From the NCBI RefSeq assembly GCF_963853765.1, contig NC_088855.1, forward strand, positions 51,274,001 to 51,338,000: 64,000 nt of DNA. Direction: 5' to 3'. Each line of letters starts with the position of its first letter. Positions within the stretch are counted from its first letter, which is position 1. The DNA is from Magallana gigas. Lineage: Eukaryota. The position numbers and the translations under genes were made by a program. A model generated the notes under the pieces. The model was not told the DNA's origin, ran no database searches, and saw nothing but the letters and a program-made list of their open reading frames with translations. This document shows, in pieces, positions 1 through 11,100 of the stretch.

Positions 1-31
1 AAAGCTCAAGTGAGCTATTCTGATCACATTT

Positions 32-84
32 TGTCTGTCGTCCGTCTGTCTGTCTGTCCGTCTGTCCGTCTGTCTGTCTGTCCG
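32..84 (+). repeat. (GTCT/GTCC)n tetranucleotide microsatellite inside the Helentron 5' region
   Basis: Directly visible: tgtctgtcgtccgtctgtctgtctgtccgtctgtccgtctgtctgtctgtccgt. Confidence 0.9.
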
Positions 85-120
85 TAAACTTTTCACATTT
101 TCAACATCTTCTCAAGAACT

Positions 121-152
<32 letters not shown>

Positions 153-258
153 TCATCCTTAGGCAAAGGGGATTCAAAGTTGTGAAAATTAAGGGTCACA
201 CTCGTTTTCAAGGGGAGATAATTAGAAATTAATTAAAAATTTCGAGAAATTTTCAAAA

Positions 259-2795
259 ATCTTCTTCTCAAGAACCAGAAAGCCAGGAAAGCTGAAACTT
301 GTGTGGAAGCATCCTCAGGTAGTGTAGATTGAAAGTTGTGAAATTCATGACCCCCGGGGGTAGGGTGGGGCCACAATGGGGGGTCAAAGTTTGACATAGG
401 AATATATAGAGTAAATCTTTAAAAATCTTCTTCTCAGAAACTAATCAGCCAGGAAAGCTGACACTTGTGTGGAAGCATCCTCAGGTAGTGTAAATTCAAA
501 GTTGTGAAAATCATGACCCCCAGGGGTTGGGTGGGGCCACAATGGGGGGTCGAAGTTTTACATAGGAATATATAGAGTAAATCTTTAAAAATCTTCTTCT
601 CAGAAACTAATCAGCCAGGAAAGCTGAAACTTGTGTGGAAGTATCCTCAGGTAGTGCAGATTCAAAGTTGTGTAAATCATGATCCCTGGGGGTAGGGTGG
701 GGCACAATGGAGGGTCGAAGTTTGACATAGGAATATATAGAGTAAATCTTTAAAAATCTTCTTCTCAGAAACTAATCAGCCAGGAAAGCTGAAACTTGTG
801 TGGAAGTATCCTCAGGTAGTGTAGATTCAAAGTTGTGAAAATCATGACGCCCAGGGGTTGGGTGGGGCCACAATGGGGGGTCGAAGTTTTACATAGGAAT
901 ATATAGAGTAAATCTTTAAAAATCTTCTTCTCAGAAACTAATCAGCCAGGAAAGCTGAAACTTGTGTGGAAGTATCCTCAGGTAGTGTAGATTCAAAGTT
1001 GTGAAAATCATGACCCCCTGGGGTTGGGTGGGGCCACAATGGGGTGGTCGAAGTTTGACATAGGAATATATAGAGTAAATCTTTAAAAATCTTCTTCTCA
1101 GAAACTAATCAGCCAGGAAAGCTGACACTTGTGTGGAAGCATCCTCAGATAGTGTAGATTCAAAGTTGTGAAAATCATGACCCCCAGGGGTATGGTGGGG
1201 CCACAATGGGGTGGTCGAAGTTTTACATAGGAATATATAGAGTAAATCTTTAAAAATCTTCTTCTCAGAAACTAATCAGCCAGGAAAGCTGAAACTTGTG
1301 TGGAAGTATCTTCAGGTAGTGTAGATTCAAAGTTGTGAAAATCATGATCCCTGGGGGTAGGGTGGGGCCAAAATGGGGGGGGGTGTTAAAGTTTTACATT
1401 GGAATATATAGTAAATCTTTAAAAATCTTCTTCTCAGAAACTAATCAGCCAGGAAAGCTGACACTTGTGTGGAAGTATCCTCAGGTAGTGTAGATTCAAA
1501 GTTGTGAAAATCATGACCCCCTGGGGTTGGGTGGGGCCACAATGGGGTGGTCGAAGTTTTACATAGGAATATATAGAGTAAATCTTTAAAAATCTTCTTC
1601 TCAGAAACTAATCAGCCAGGAAAGCTGACACTTGTGTGGAAGCATCCTCAGATAGTGTAGATTCAAAGTTGTGAAAATCATGACCCCCAGGGGTAGGGTG
1701 GGGCCACAATGGGGGGTCGAAGTTTTACATAGGAATTTATATATAGAGTAAATCTTTAAAATCTTCTTCTCAGAAACTAATCAGCCAGGAAAGCTGACAC
1801 TTGTGCGGAAGCATCCTCAGGTAGTGCAGATTCAAAGTTGTGTAAATCATGATCCCTGGGGGTAGGGTGGGGCACAATGGAGGGTCGAAGTTTTACATAG
1901 GAATATATAGAGTAAATCTTTAAAATTCTTCTTCTCAGAAACTAATCAGCCAGGAAAGCTGAAACTTGTGTGGAAGTATCCTCAGGCAGTGTAGATTCAA
2001 AGTTGTGAAAATCATGATCCCTGGGGGTAGGGTGGGGCCAAAATGGGGGGGGGGTGTTAAAGTTTTACATTGGAATATATAGTAAATCTTTAAAAATCTT
2101 CTTCTCAGAAACTAATCAGCCAGGAAAGCTGACACTTGTTTGGAAGCATCCTCAGGTAGTGTAGATTCAAAGTTGTGAAAATCATGACCCCCAGGGGTAG
2201 GGTGGGGCCACAATGGGGGGTTGAAGTTTTACATAGGAATATATAGAGTAAATCTTTGAAAATCTTCTTCTCAGAAACTAATCAGCCAGGAAAGCTGACA
2301 CTTGTGTGGAAGCATCCTCAGGTAGTGTAGATTCAAAGTTGTGAAAATCATGACCCCCAGGGGTAGGGTGGGGCCACAATGGGGGGTCGAAGTTTTACAT
2401 AGGAATATATAGAGTAAATCTTTAAAAATCTTCTTCTCAGAAACTAATCAGCCAGGAAAGCTGACACTTGTGTGGAAGCATCCTCAGATAGTGTAGATTC
2501 AAAGTTGTGAAAATCATGATCCCTGAGGGTAGGGTGCCGCACAATGGGGGGTCGAAGTTTTACATAGGAATTTATAGAGTAAATATTTAAACATCTTCTC
2601 AGAAACTAATCTTCCAGGAAAGCTGAAACTTGTGTGGAAGTATCCTCAGGTAGTGTAGATTCACAGTTGTGAAAACATGATCCCTGGGGGTAGGGTGAGG
2701 CCACATTTTGGGGGGGTGGGGGGTTGTTAAAGTTTTACATAGGAATATATAGAGTAAATCTTTTAAAATCTTCTTCTCAGAAACTAATCAGCCAG
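259..2795 (+). repeat. Tandem satellite array, ~166-bp monomer (Cg170-like), 15 full copies plus a partial one
   Basis: The anchor ATCTTCTTCTC, or a close variant, recurs at about 259, 425, 591, 756, 922, 1089, 1256, 1425, 1592, 1761, 1926, 2096, 2262, 2427, 2592 and 2767, a spacing of ~165-175 bp. Confidence 0.95.
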
Positions 2796-3106
2796 ATGAT
2801 TCTTTATAATTGTTAAGACTTTGGCTCCAGGACAATTCTTCGGCCTCACAAGAAGGTTTAGAGATTGATGTAGCTTAATATCCCATATATAAACAATTGT
2901 AAAGGATCTTTTTGAGGACTGCAATACTCAACATGTGATATGACTATAAAATCATCCTGTTAGAAAAGGGACTAATGATTATAAACATAAGAATATCCAG
3001 CGGGAAAAATGGATTTATTTATACAGGATCTACATGTATTATTGTACATTGTCCAGATTGTTTGTATTATGACTTCATTAAGCTGATTTTATCATACCTA
3101 TTGTTC

Positions 3107-3144
<38 letters not shown>

Positions 3145-3795
3145 AATTCTGAGAATAGAATATCTATCTTGATTTCCCTGAAGCAGGCCAGCTAGAAAAT
3201 AATCATCAACATATATATATAGTAATAAAATAAAGTTCATGGAAACATTTTTCAGCATTCATTTTTTATTAATAAATTTTAGTTTTCAAAGGCAGGGAGT
3301 TAACCAATCAAATCTCTCCACTCTTTGGATGTTGGGGTGAGCACTAAAAAATTTGTAAAGTTGCTGCTTATTGGGCAATTTTGATGGTCCAGCATAATAA
3401 TACAGCATTTTACCTGCTTTGTGGAGTTTTGTTCCGGTTTTACTGATGATTTCTCTCTGCTTTTGTTTACTGTAATGACAGATTGAGTTGTTATATATTT
3501 ATATTATTAATGTAGATATATTAAACAGACATCTCTTGAATGAAAGTTAGATGTAACCAATCAAAATAGCAATAACAACCAAACATGTACCGGTATTATT
3601 CTTTAATTATTAAATGACATTCCAAGTGTTATTCATAAACCAATAAAGCTTTGTTGCATGATCTGTTAGTATTATGATCTGCAATCAGTGAAATATGTCT
3701 GTTATGTCAAGTTATTTGTAATAATTTATGAAATGACTCAATTATGGAGCTTGATCAGATAGCGATAACATTTCAATACTTTGTGTGTCAAACAG

Positions 3796-4708
3796 TGAAC
3801 CCCCAGAAACTCCAGTTGTGGTGGAGCCTGAGTAAGTCTTGATGTTTCATTAAAGCACATCTTGTGCAGAGTGATAAATCACCCAATCAGTGTCTCTCTA
3901 ACTTCTACAAAACATCCAATCAATAATTCCTTTTAACATTTTGCTGTAAAATCATGTTCACCCAATCAGTGTGTGTATTTTTTTAAATTATGTTTTATAC
4001 AATGAAGCACACCTAACTATCTGTTTACATTAATTTTAAATAGTCACAAACTTACAAAATGAAAATCACATTAAACAGAAACTATTACTTTTGTCTCCTC
4101 TGCTAAATTATCTAATAACTGAGAACATTCTCAGATACTGTATTCAGTTCTTTTTTTCTGGTTTTGTTTTTAGATGTGTCAATACTTCTACATGCACGCA
4201 TTGTAATGTTGATTTTTCATGTGTTCTGACAAGAAATTGAAGAGTTCAAGGATGTTTACATTTCTAAAAAGCATAATATCTGAATAAAAGAATTTTATGA
4301 TACTACTTAAAAGTTACTGCAATTATTTTAACCTTGGTCTTTCATTACCTAAAAACAATTGCATTCTATTCTCTCTGCTTTGGGTTTATATATGAAGCTG
4401 CTATGTTTGGAAGAGGGTTTTCACAAATTTATTGCAGAAACTACAGTACCACTATGTTTTCCTTAAAACCTGAAATATCTAGCTTGTAATTCTTGATCTT
4501 TTAATTAGCAATTAAGCTGTTAAACTTTAAATGAATCAGATACTGTTGAAGTTAATATGTATTATGGTACTTATATATGGTATTGATACTGATGAGATGT
4601 TTTGTCCTCTATGTGCAGTAAGGAGGGGCGTGGTGGTACGGAGGGACGGCCAGGGTCCCCCACCTCTACTGTGGACGGGACGGACAATCAGCCTGACCCA
4701 CCAAAAGG
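3796..4708 (+). CDS. Probable upstream exons of gene 1 (3796-3831 and 4619-4708)
   Basis: Both have AG/GT boundaries and join in phase 2 to give EPPETPVVVEPDKEGRGGTEGRPGSPTSTVDGTDNQPDPPK, matching gene 1 in composition. They do not join in frame to the 5152 exon (see findings). Confidence 0.6.
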
Positions 4709-4809
4709 TAAACTGTAACCTGTGTACAGGTATTGTAAACACCTGTGTATGGTGTATCTTCAGGAATCAGAATAGATGTATAGAGACACAGGGCTGTTGA
4801 AGTAGATAA

Positions 4810-4919
4810 ATGGAATGTAATGTACTATATAGAACAGTCTTAGTGATGGAATGTAATGTACTATATAGAACAGTCTTAGTGATGGAATGTAATGTACTAT
4901 ATAGAACAGTCTTAGTGAT
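4810..4919. repeat. 36-bp tandem repeat x3 (tggaatgtaatgtactatatagaacagtcttagtga)
   Basis: Three identical units starting at 4811, 4847 and 4883. Confidence 0.95.
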
Positions 4920-5151
4920 CATGCTGACTACTAGAAAGTTATCTTGCTTTTAAATGCATGGAGCAAACATAATTGTCATTTAATAATTACTCCTCTTTGA
5001 TTCATCCATGTATACTTAGTATCTAGATATTATTTCATATCTGCTTGATGATTAAACCATCTGTCATGTTTTTTCCTGGTACAAATCTTGTTTTACCTGT
5101 AGCACTATAGAAACATTTATAGCTCATTGTGCATGTGACAACAATTTTCAG

Positions 5152-8100
5152 AGGAGGAATCTGAGCCAGTGGTAGAAACAAAGCCAGATATCATTACTCC
5201 GTCAGTAATAGATATCCCGGACAGTAAGTCAGATATCTCTAGCAGCTCAGCACAGCCACAGCTCACCTCTGTAGATATCCGAGTCATTATCACTGGTACA
5301 CCTTTCGATTTCTGAGTGAGAGTTGCCTCCCTTGAAATGCATGCAGCCTTAATAATCTAACATGTATGGTTTCTGTTTGGTGTAAACTTTAATACTTATA
5401 CACCTGAACAAAATTCAAGCCTCTTAATTTTTTGGGAAAGGGGAGTTTAAAATATGGTTAAATAATTTAAGCTAGATTCAAAAGATATAATATATTCATG
5501 AAAATAAAATACATAGAGACAACAAATAATCTTCTTTTATATTCATATTATTAATGCAGTTATATATAGGTAAAACGTTTTCATCTGTGGCAAAAATTAT
5601 TTCCGTTGTAGTCATGTTTTCCATATTATTACATGTACAATAATCACGTCACCTTACCGGTAACTAATATTCATTGGAAATTGCCTGCTGGTGACCATAT
5701 ATGTATTTGTTTTGCCAACAATAAAGCCTTAGATAATGAGGATATTGGTTGGAAAAATTATCATAAGTATAATAAAAGTTTCCTTTGTTACACATCATGG
5801 GGGATCATGTCCAACTGCTATTAATACCTGTATTACTATATAAGTCTTATTAAATATTCACTGTATCCATCCTCCTGTTCTCTCTCCCAAATTTAATTAC
5901 CTTTATATAAAATTGTTCTGTGTAAATTATTAGTTAATGATTGATTTTTAAAAATTTGATTCAATAAAATAAGTAAAACTGAAACTTGCATAAGGTCATC
6001 GGTATGTAAAATACTGGACTTTTTGCTTACTTTTGTATGAGCTATAATATAGCTTGGAGCTCTAGCTATTGCGATATTAGAAGTAACTTGGGAATTACCA
6101 GGGTTAACAAAATTCTTTTCAGAGTGATCAGTTATTAAAAGATACTAATAGGTTCAACTAACTCATTTAGTTATTAAGTACTATAGAATCATTAAAATTT
6201 GTGGGGGACAATTTTTGTTGATTGCTAAAATTTTACAGATTCAAGGGGACGTAATTTAATTCGCCTTTTATCTTAAACCTACAAAAAGAAATATGACTAT
6301 AACCTTAATTTATTAATTCGTGGAGGATGCTAATTTGTGGATGAACTGTACCCACAAATTCCACAAAAATTGAACCACCACAAAATCTAATGATTCCACA
6401 GTATTGTTTGTCTTGTATGTTCAATTATTTCATAATAACTTTTTGTTTTAGAATTTTTGTATATTCTAATTACTTATAATAACATTTAAACATTTATTAT
6501 AAATTGTTGAATACACTGTGATGAAAGTAAAAAAAAAAACCAGGTTAAAGTATGCTTATTCTGCTTTCTTATAGTGGCTATAGAATCATATTGTTTATTA
6601 TACATGTATTATAAACACTGATGTATTTTTATGCTCAAGTTTATTAATTGCAATGATATTTTAAAGTACTTTTTGATATTGGCAATTGATTATACTAATT
6701 TGACATGTTCCAATTCGATCAATAAAATGTGTGTTTATTTTAAACAGATAAAGAACTCATTGTTAAATGTACAAGTTTTCTCACGAAAGTTTTCTTTTTG
6801 AACAGGCAAACCCAGCACAAAAACGGACAGCAAGGATGACAAAAAGGTGGGCAAACATGTATATTTTAAAAAGTTTACAATAGAATAAAAATCTGAAGTT
6901 GTGATATATGTAAACAAGTATGATATATAACAGTATAATCATGCAAGTATGAATTAGACTTACTCAGTGGAAAATTTTACATGAAATAAAGCACTTACTG
7001 ACATTGCCAAATTCTGGTCAAGCACCCAATGTCAAGCTTCACTAAAAATTTTCCCTAATTGCCATTTATGGTCCAGACAATTTGTAATTGACTACTATTG
7101 CATGAATGACATGTATGTTAAACAGGTGCTTTACTGGGCCAATCTCCATCAGTAATTTAATATCAATTGAGCGTACACTAGCTATTGCCAAGTTCGGATA
7201 AATCACCTCTATCCATAATGCATGCAGAAATGTAACCTGTCACACTTTTATGCTTTCCTTTCTTCTGATGAAATGATTGCAAAAATCATGCATGCTCATG
7301 CACCTTATTAATAAGAATATTAACAGATCATGTTTATATATGTAAGTTTTGCTTTCAAAACTGGAGGATATGTTTAATAGACCAAAGAATCAAATATGTA
7401 AATGAAATATGATTAGTGAAAAATAAAGATATCAAATAGTGAAATCACTGGGGAATAATTACGCTGTTAATACATACTTGCTTTTACAAATGATAAAATA
7501 TCGACTGTTGATAGAAGGAACAAATACATTGTCAATTTCTGGCGACATAAGGTTTTGCAATAGCTCTCGGAGAAATTCAGATAAGTACCGTATATTGATG
7601 AATAATTCATTGCATTACGGAGTACCTGCTAAGGGCACTGTATAGATAGTAGATACATAAAACTGGTTTCCCACACTGCACAGCTATAGCAAACCTTCAC
7701 ATTGGTAGAAATATATAGTTAATAATGAATAAATCAAACATTGCATGTATTTCTGGCGACACCAAAGAGAAAGTGTATCTTTATATGTCCAAGTGCATTG
7801 TGATTTCTACAATGAACAAATTAGAGCCTGTTTGAATTTTTTGAAAGCCTGACTAGTAAATAGAGGCAAATCCATACTCTTTGTGAAGGCAGCAAACTGA
7901 AATTGATTTTTCACCTGTATGAGGCTGCAGTTACTAAGAGCACGGGCTAGCTGCCTGACTCAATAATCATTTCTACACAAATTACTGATGTTCAAGCCCT
8001 GTAGGATTTGATTGCTAGATAATTAATGGTAAAATCAGAATAATTGTTCAAGAGGCTGATCAGACATACTGTTGTCTGTTTTATTATGGAATAATTGTGA

Positions 8101-11100
8101 AATCTGTGGACATCAATTTGTACCAAGTGGGTAATTGTTTTGAATTATCATTCAGTTTTGTCTTGATGCGATTAATATGTACATTATGTGAATACTATTT
8201 TGAAATATATTCTATTGCGTTAATATCATATTTTTGGACATATATTTTCAATGTTCAGTTTTTTCATATTTTGATATAAATATGCCATGTCATTAGATGT
8301 TGGGTTTTTCTTTTGACTTTCCCAACCATAAATAACAAAATTGTTTATTTGTACAGAAAACCGAACCTATTAGTGTGCCGAGTGATAGAGATGGTCGTCA
8401 ATCTCCTGTCCAACCCCCACCCTCCCCAGAACCCCGGACTCCGAAAGAAGACCCCAATAAGGACGCAGATCTCCTGAAGTCTCTCCGAGAAGCTGAGGAA
8501 GAAGAGGAAAGGCGAAGAAGGGCCCTCATCAAAAAAGAGAAGAAGCCAATACATCGCACACGGAAACCAAAGGAAGAAATGGAGGAGAAAGTGGAGCCCC
8601 CCAAACCGGCCACACCCCCTCCACCTCCTCAACCCATTGAGGACACGTAAGTGGAATTTACAATTACCTGAAAATTGTATGCTTTAATTGTATACATGTG
8701 TTTGTATTTCTATTTATTTGCAAGTCAACTTTAAGCTTCAATGTTTATGAATGACTGCAAAAACTTCTAGATTGTTTGGAAATTTTTTATCCAATCTAGG
8801 AGTATTTGACGATGATTTTATCAAAATGGAAATAAATATTTTCCTAAGTACTTAAAAAAAATGATACTATAACTATTGGGCATGCATGGACTCAAATCAT
8901 TTGTTTGCAATTTATGAATAATAGTAACTATAAAGGAACTACATGATGTAGTTGGAATATTTTGTGAAGTTTGACCTTTCTTTTCCCAGCGTTACTCTTG
9001 TACAGCAATGGTAATTCAATCACAAGCATGTCAGTCAGATGTCAGTCAGATTTCAGTCCAGTTCATATCTGATATTTTCTTAGAATCACTATATAACCTT
9101 CCTGCATGGTATAACAAATTCATCTCTCTCTCTGTCTCTCTGTCTGTCTGTCTCTCTCTCATGGTATTAATTGCATCTTGCTCAAAGGAATATTTTTCAT
9201 TTTTTTAGCTATAAAACTTATCATTATATGTACTTTTTATTTTAAAGTTTTGAATATTCGCTGTTGTTTAGAATGTTCAAATCATAAACATATCAATTTT
9301 GAGATTTCTCATTGGGAAAGATATATATACAGCGAATACCAATCCAAAATGAACATGAATTCAGTTCACAGACCTATCAAGTATTATTCATAGATTATGT
9401 TTACAAAGAAGATGTTGGTTTTTTGCTTGATCAGCATGATGTAGATATATTGATACTTGCATGCATACCTGTGAATATATAAAGACATCTTATGCATGGT
9501 CAATTATTTGAATCCCTAGCCTATTTTAGAGTTTATTATTAAAAAAAACAAAGTCAAATATTACACAGCCATTGATATCAATTAAGAATTTTAAGTACAT
9601 GTATAACTTAGTCACTATTCTTTATTGATATCTGTAAATAAATTTTTTTTTTAAGTATTCAATTTATTAGTTTTTATAAAAATTTCCAATGTTACCGGAT
9701 ACATAGCATGCAATATTAATTATATTAAATAGAAAATTAAACACTACAAATGTCAAAGTGTTGAATGGTTATATATTTATTCAATCCAGGTTTGTTATAT
9801 TTGCAGTAATTATCAAATTCAGTAATGAGACGTACAAAACAAGAACTATAGTGAACCATACTTCTCACAGTCAATATATTTCCTGTTAAATATCCTCATT
9901 GTCATGAAATGTTGCCTCTTCCTTTTTTTGCCCTTCTTCTATCACAATATATACATGTACCAAATTCAAAAGATTCATGCCAATATTGAAATGGTAGGTA
10001 TGATTTGTTATTTGGTTTTGCCTCATGAGAGAATTAAAAATTGATGGGGATGAAAGAAAGTTACCTCCCTTTTCACAGCATCACTACTTTGAATATAAGC
10101 TGTGAGAGCAGCAGAAAGATTGACAATTTCAGATCTGATAATCTTTTTACACAATGCCCTGGTTTTGTGATGTATGATTCAAGATTTACTACCTATAAGT
10201 TTTTTTGAAATTTTTTTTCTTTCGATCTCAAGTTTGATTGTCCTTTTAATACTATAGTAATTCAAACATTGAATGATGAATTTAAAAGCCAGAAAACTTT
10301 ACAGCAAAGAAAATTTACTTGTGAAAGAAATTGTTTGAGAGTTCTTTTTTCTTCAAACCATTTTAATATTTGTACAGCCAATTCTGTTTGATTCTTTTGA
10401 TGTCAGGCATGAAAATGCAGAAAATAGGCCGATCTTTGTCCCTTTTGTTTTTCGGAGGGACCAACGCACCATGGTTTCGTGGTGTGTAGACAAGATAGAA
10501 CAGCACAGCACAATCTTAGAGCGCAATGACAAAAAAATCTTTTTCATGTCAATGGAGATTAACACAAAAGAAAGTAAAGGGACAAGATAAGAAAAGCTTA
10601 ACGCGTCGGGTTGTTTATTGGTGAAACACGAACAGGTTTCTAGGCAAGAATACAGTAGACTTTTAATTATCAAGACACCAAATATATCACCTGAGTTAGA
10701 ACATGGGCATTGAAAATGAAATTTAATAAAAAGAATTCAGTCTGAGGCTTTTAAAACTCCTCCACTTGTGTACATATTCGGCAGTGATAAAATGGAGAGA
10801 ATTTAACTTAATTTGACAGTTGTCAATTTTGTCTTGTTCTGGATATATTTTATTGGAGGTAAAAACTTTTATTGGAGGTTGAACTTTTTCGTGGATGTTT
10901 TAGTTATTTCATAAAGTGGATTTATGTGACATATAGAGAAAGAAGTTTCTGAATCAACTCTAGCTATCATCAACAAGGTATTCATAATCGGTATCTGCAA
11001 ACAATTTATTTTTAAGAATGCATAAATTTTTTTCTCCATTTTTGAAACTTAAATCCTTAAATCTTGAAGTATATAGATGCCTCAAAGTCTGAAATGATTT

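Larger units (their letters stand above)
1..3141 (+). mobile_element. Non-autonomous Helentron (HINE / Helitron-N2_CGi-like) carrying an internal 166-bp satellite array; left end truncated by the window edge
   Basis: Has the architecture known for oyster HINEs. It shows an AGCTCAAGTGAGCT inverted-repeat remnant (3-16), a (GTCT/GTCC)n microsatellite (~32-84) and a tandem array (~259-2795). The 3' end has a subterminal CAGGTGAGC (3109-3117) and a perfect palindrome GGCCCATGGGCC (3123-3134), then ends CTTGTT in a T-run. The family name comes from recall of the literature, not from a search. Confidence 0.85.

Noticed and set aside
259-2795. CRISPR array
   Set aside because: Contiguous ~166-bp monomers with no unique spacers, no cas genes and a eukaryotic context. 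It is satellite DNA.
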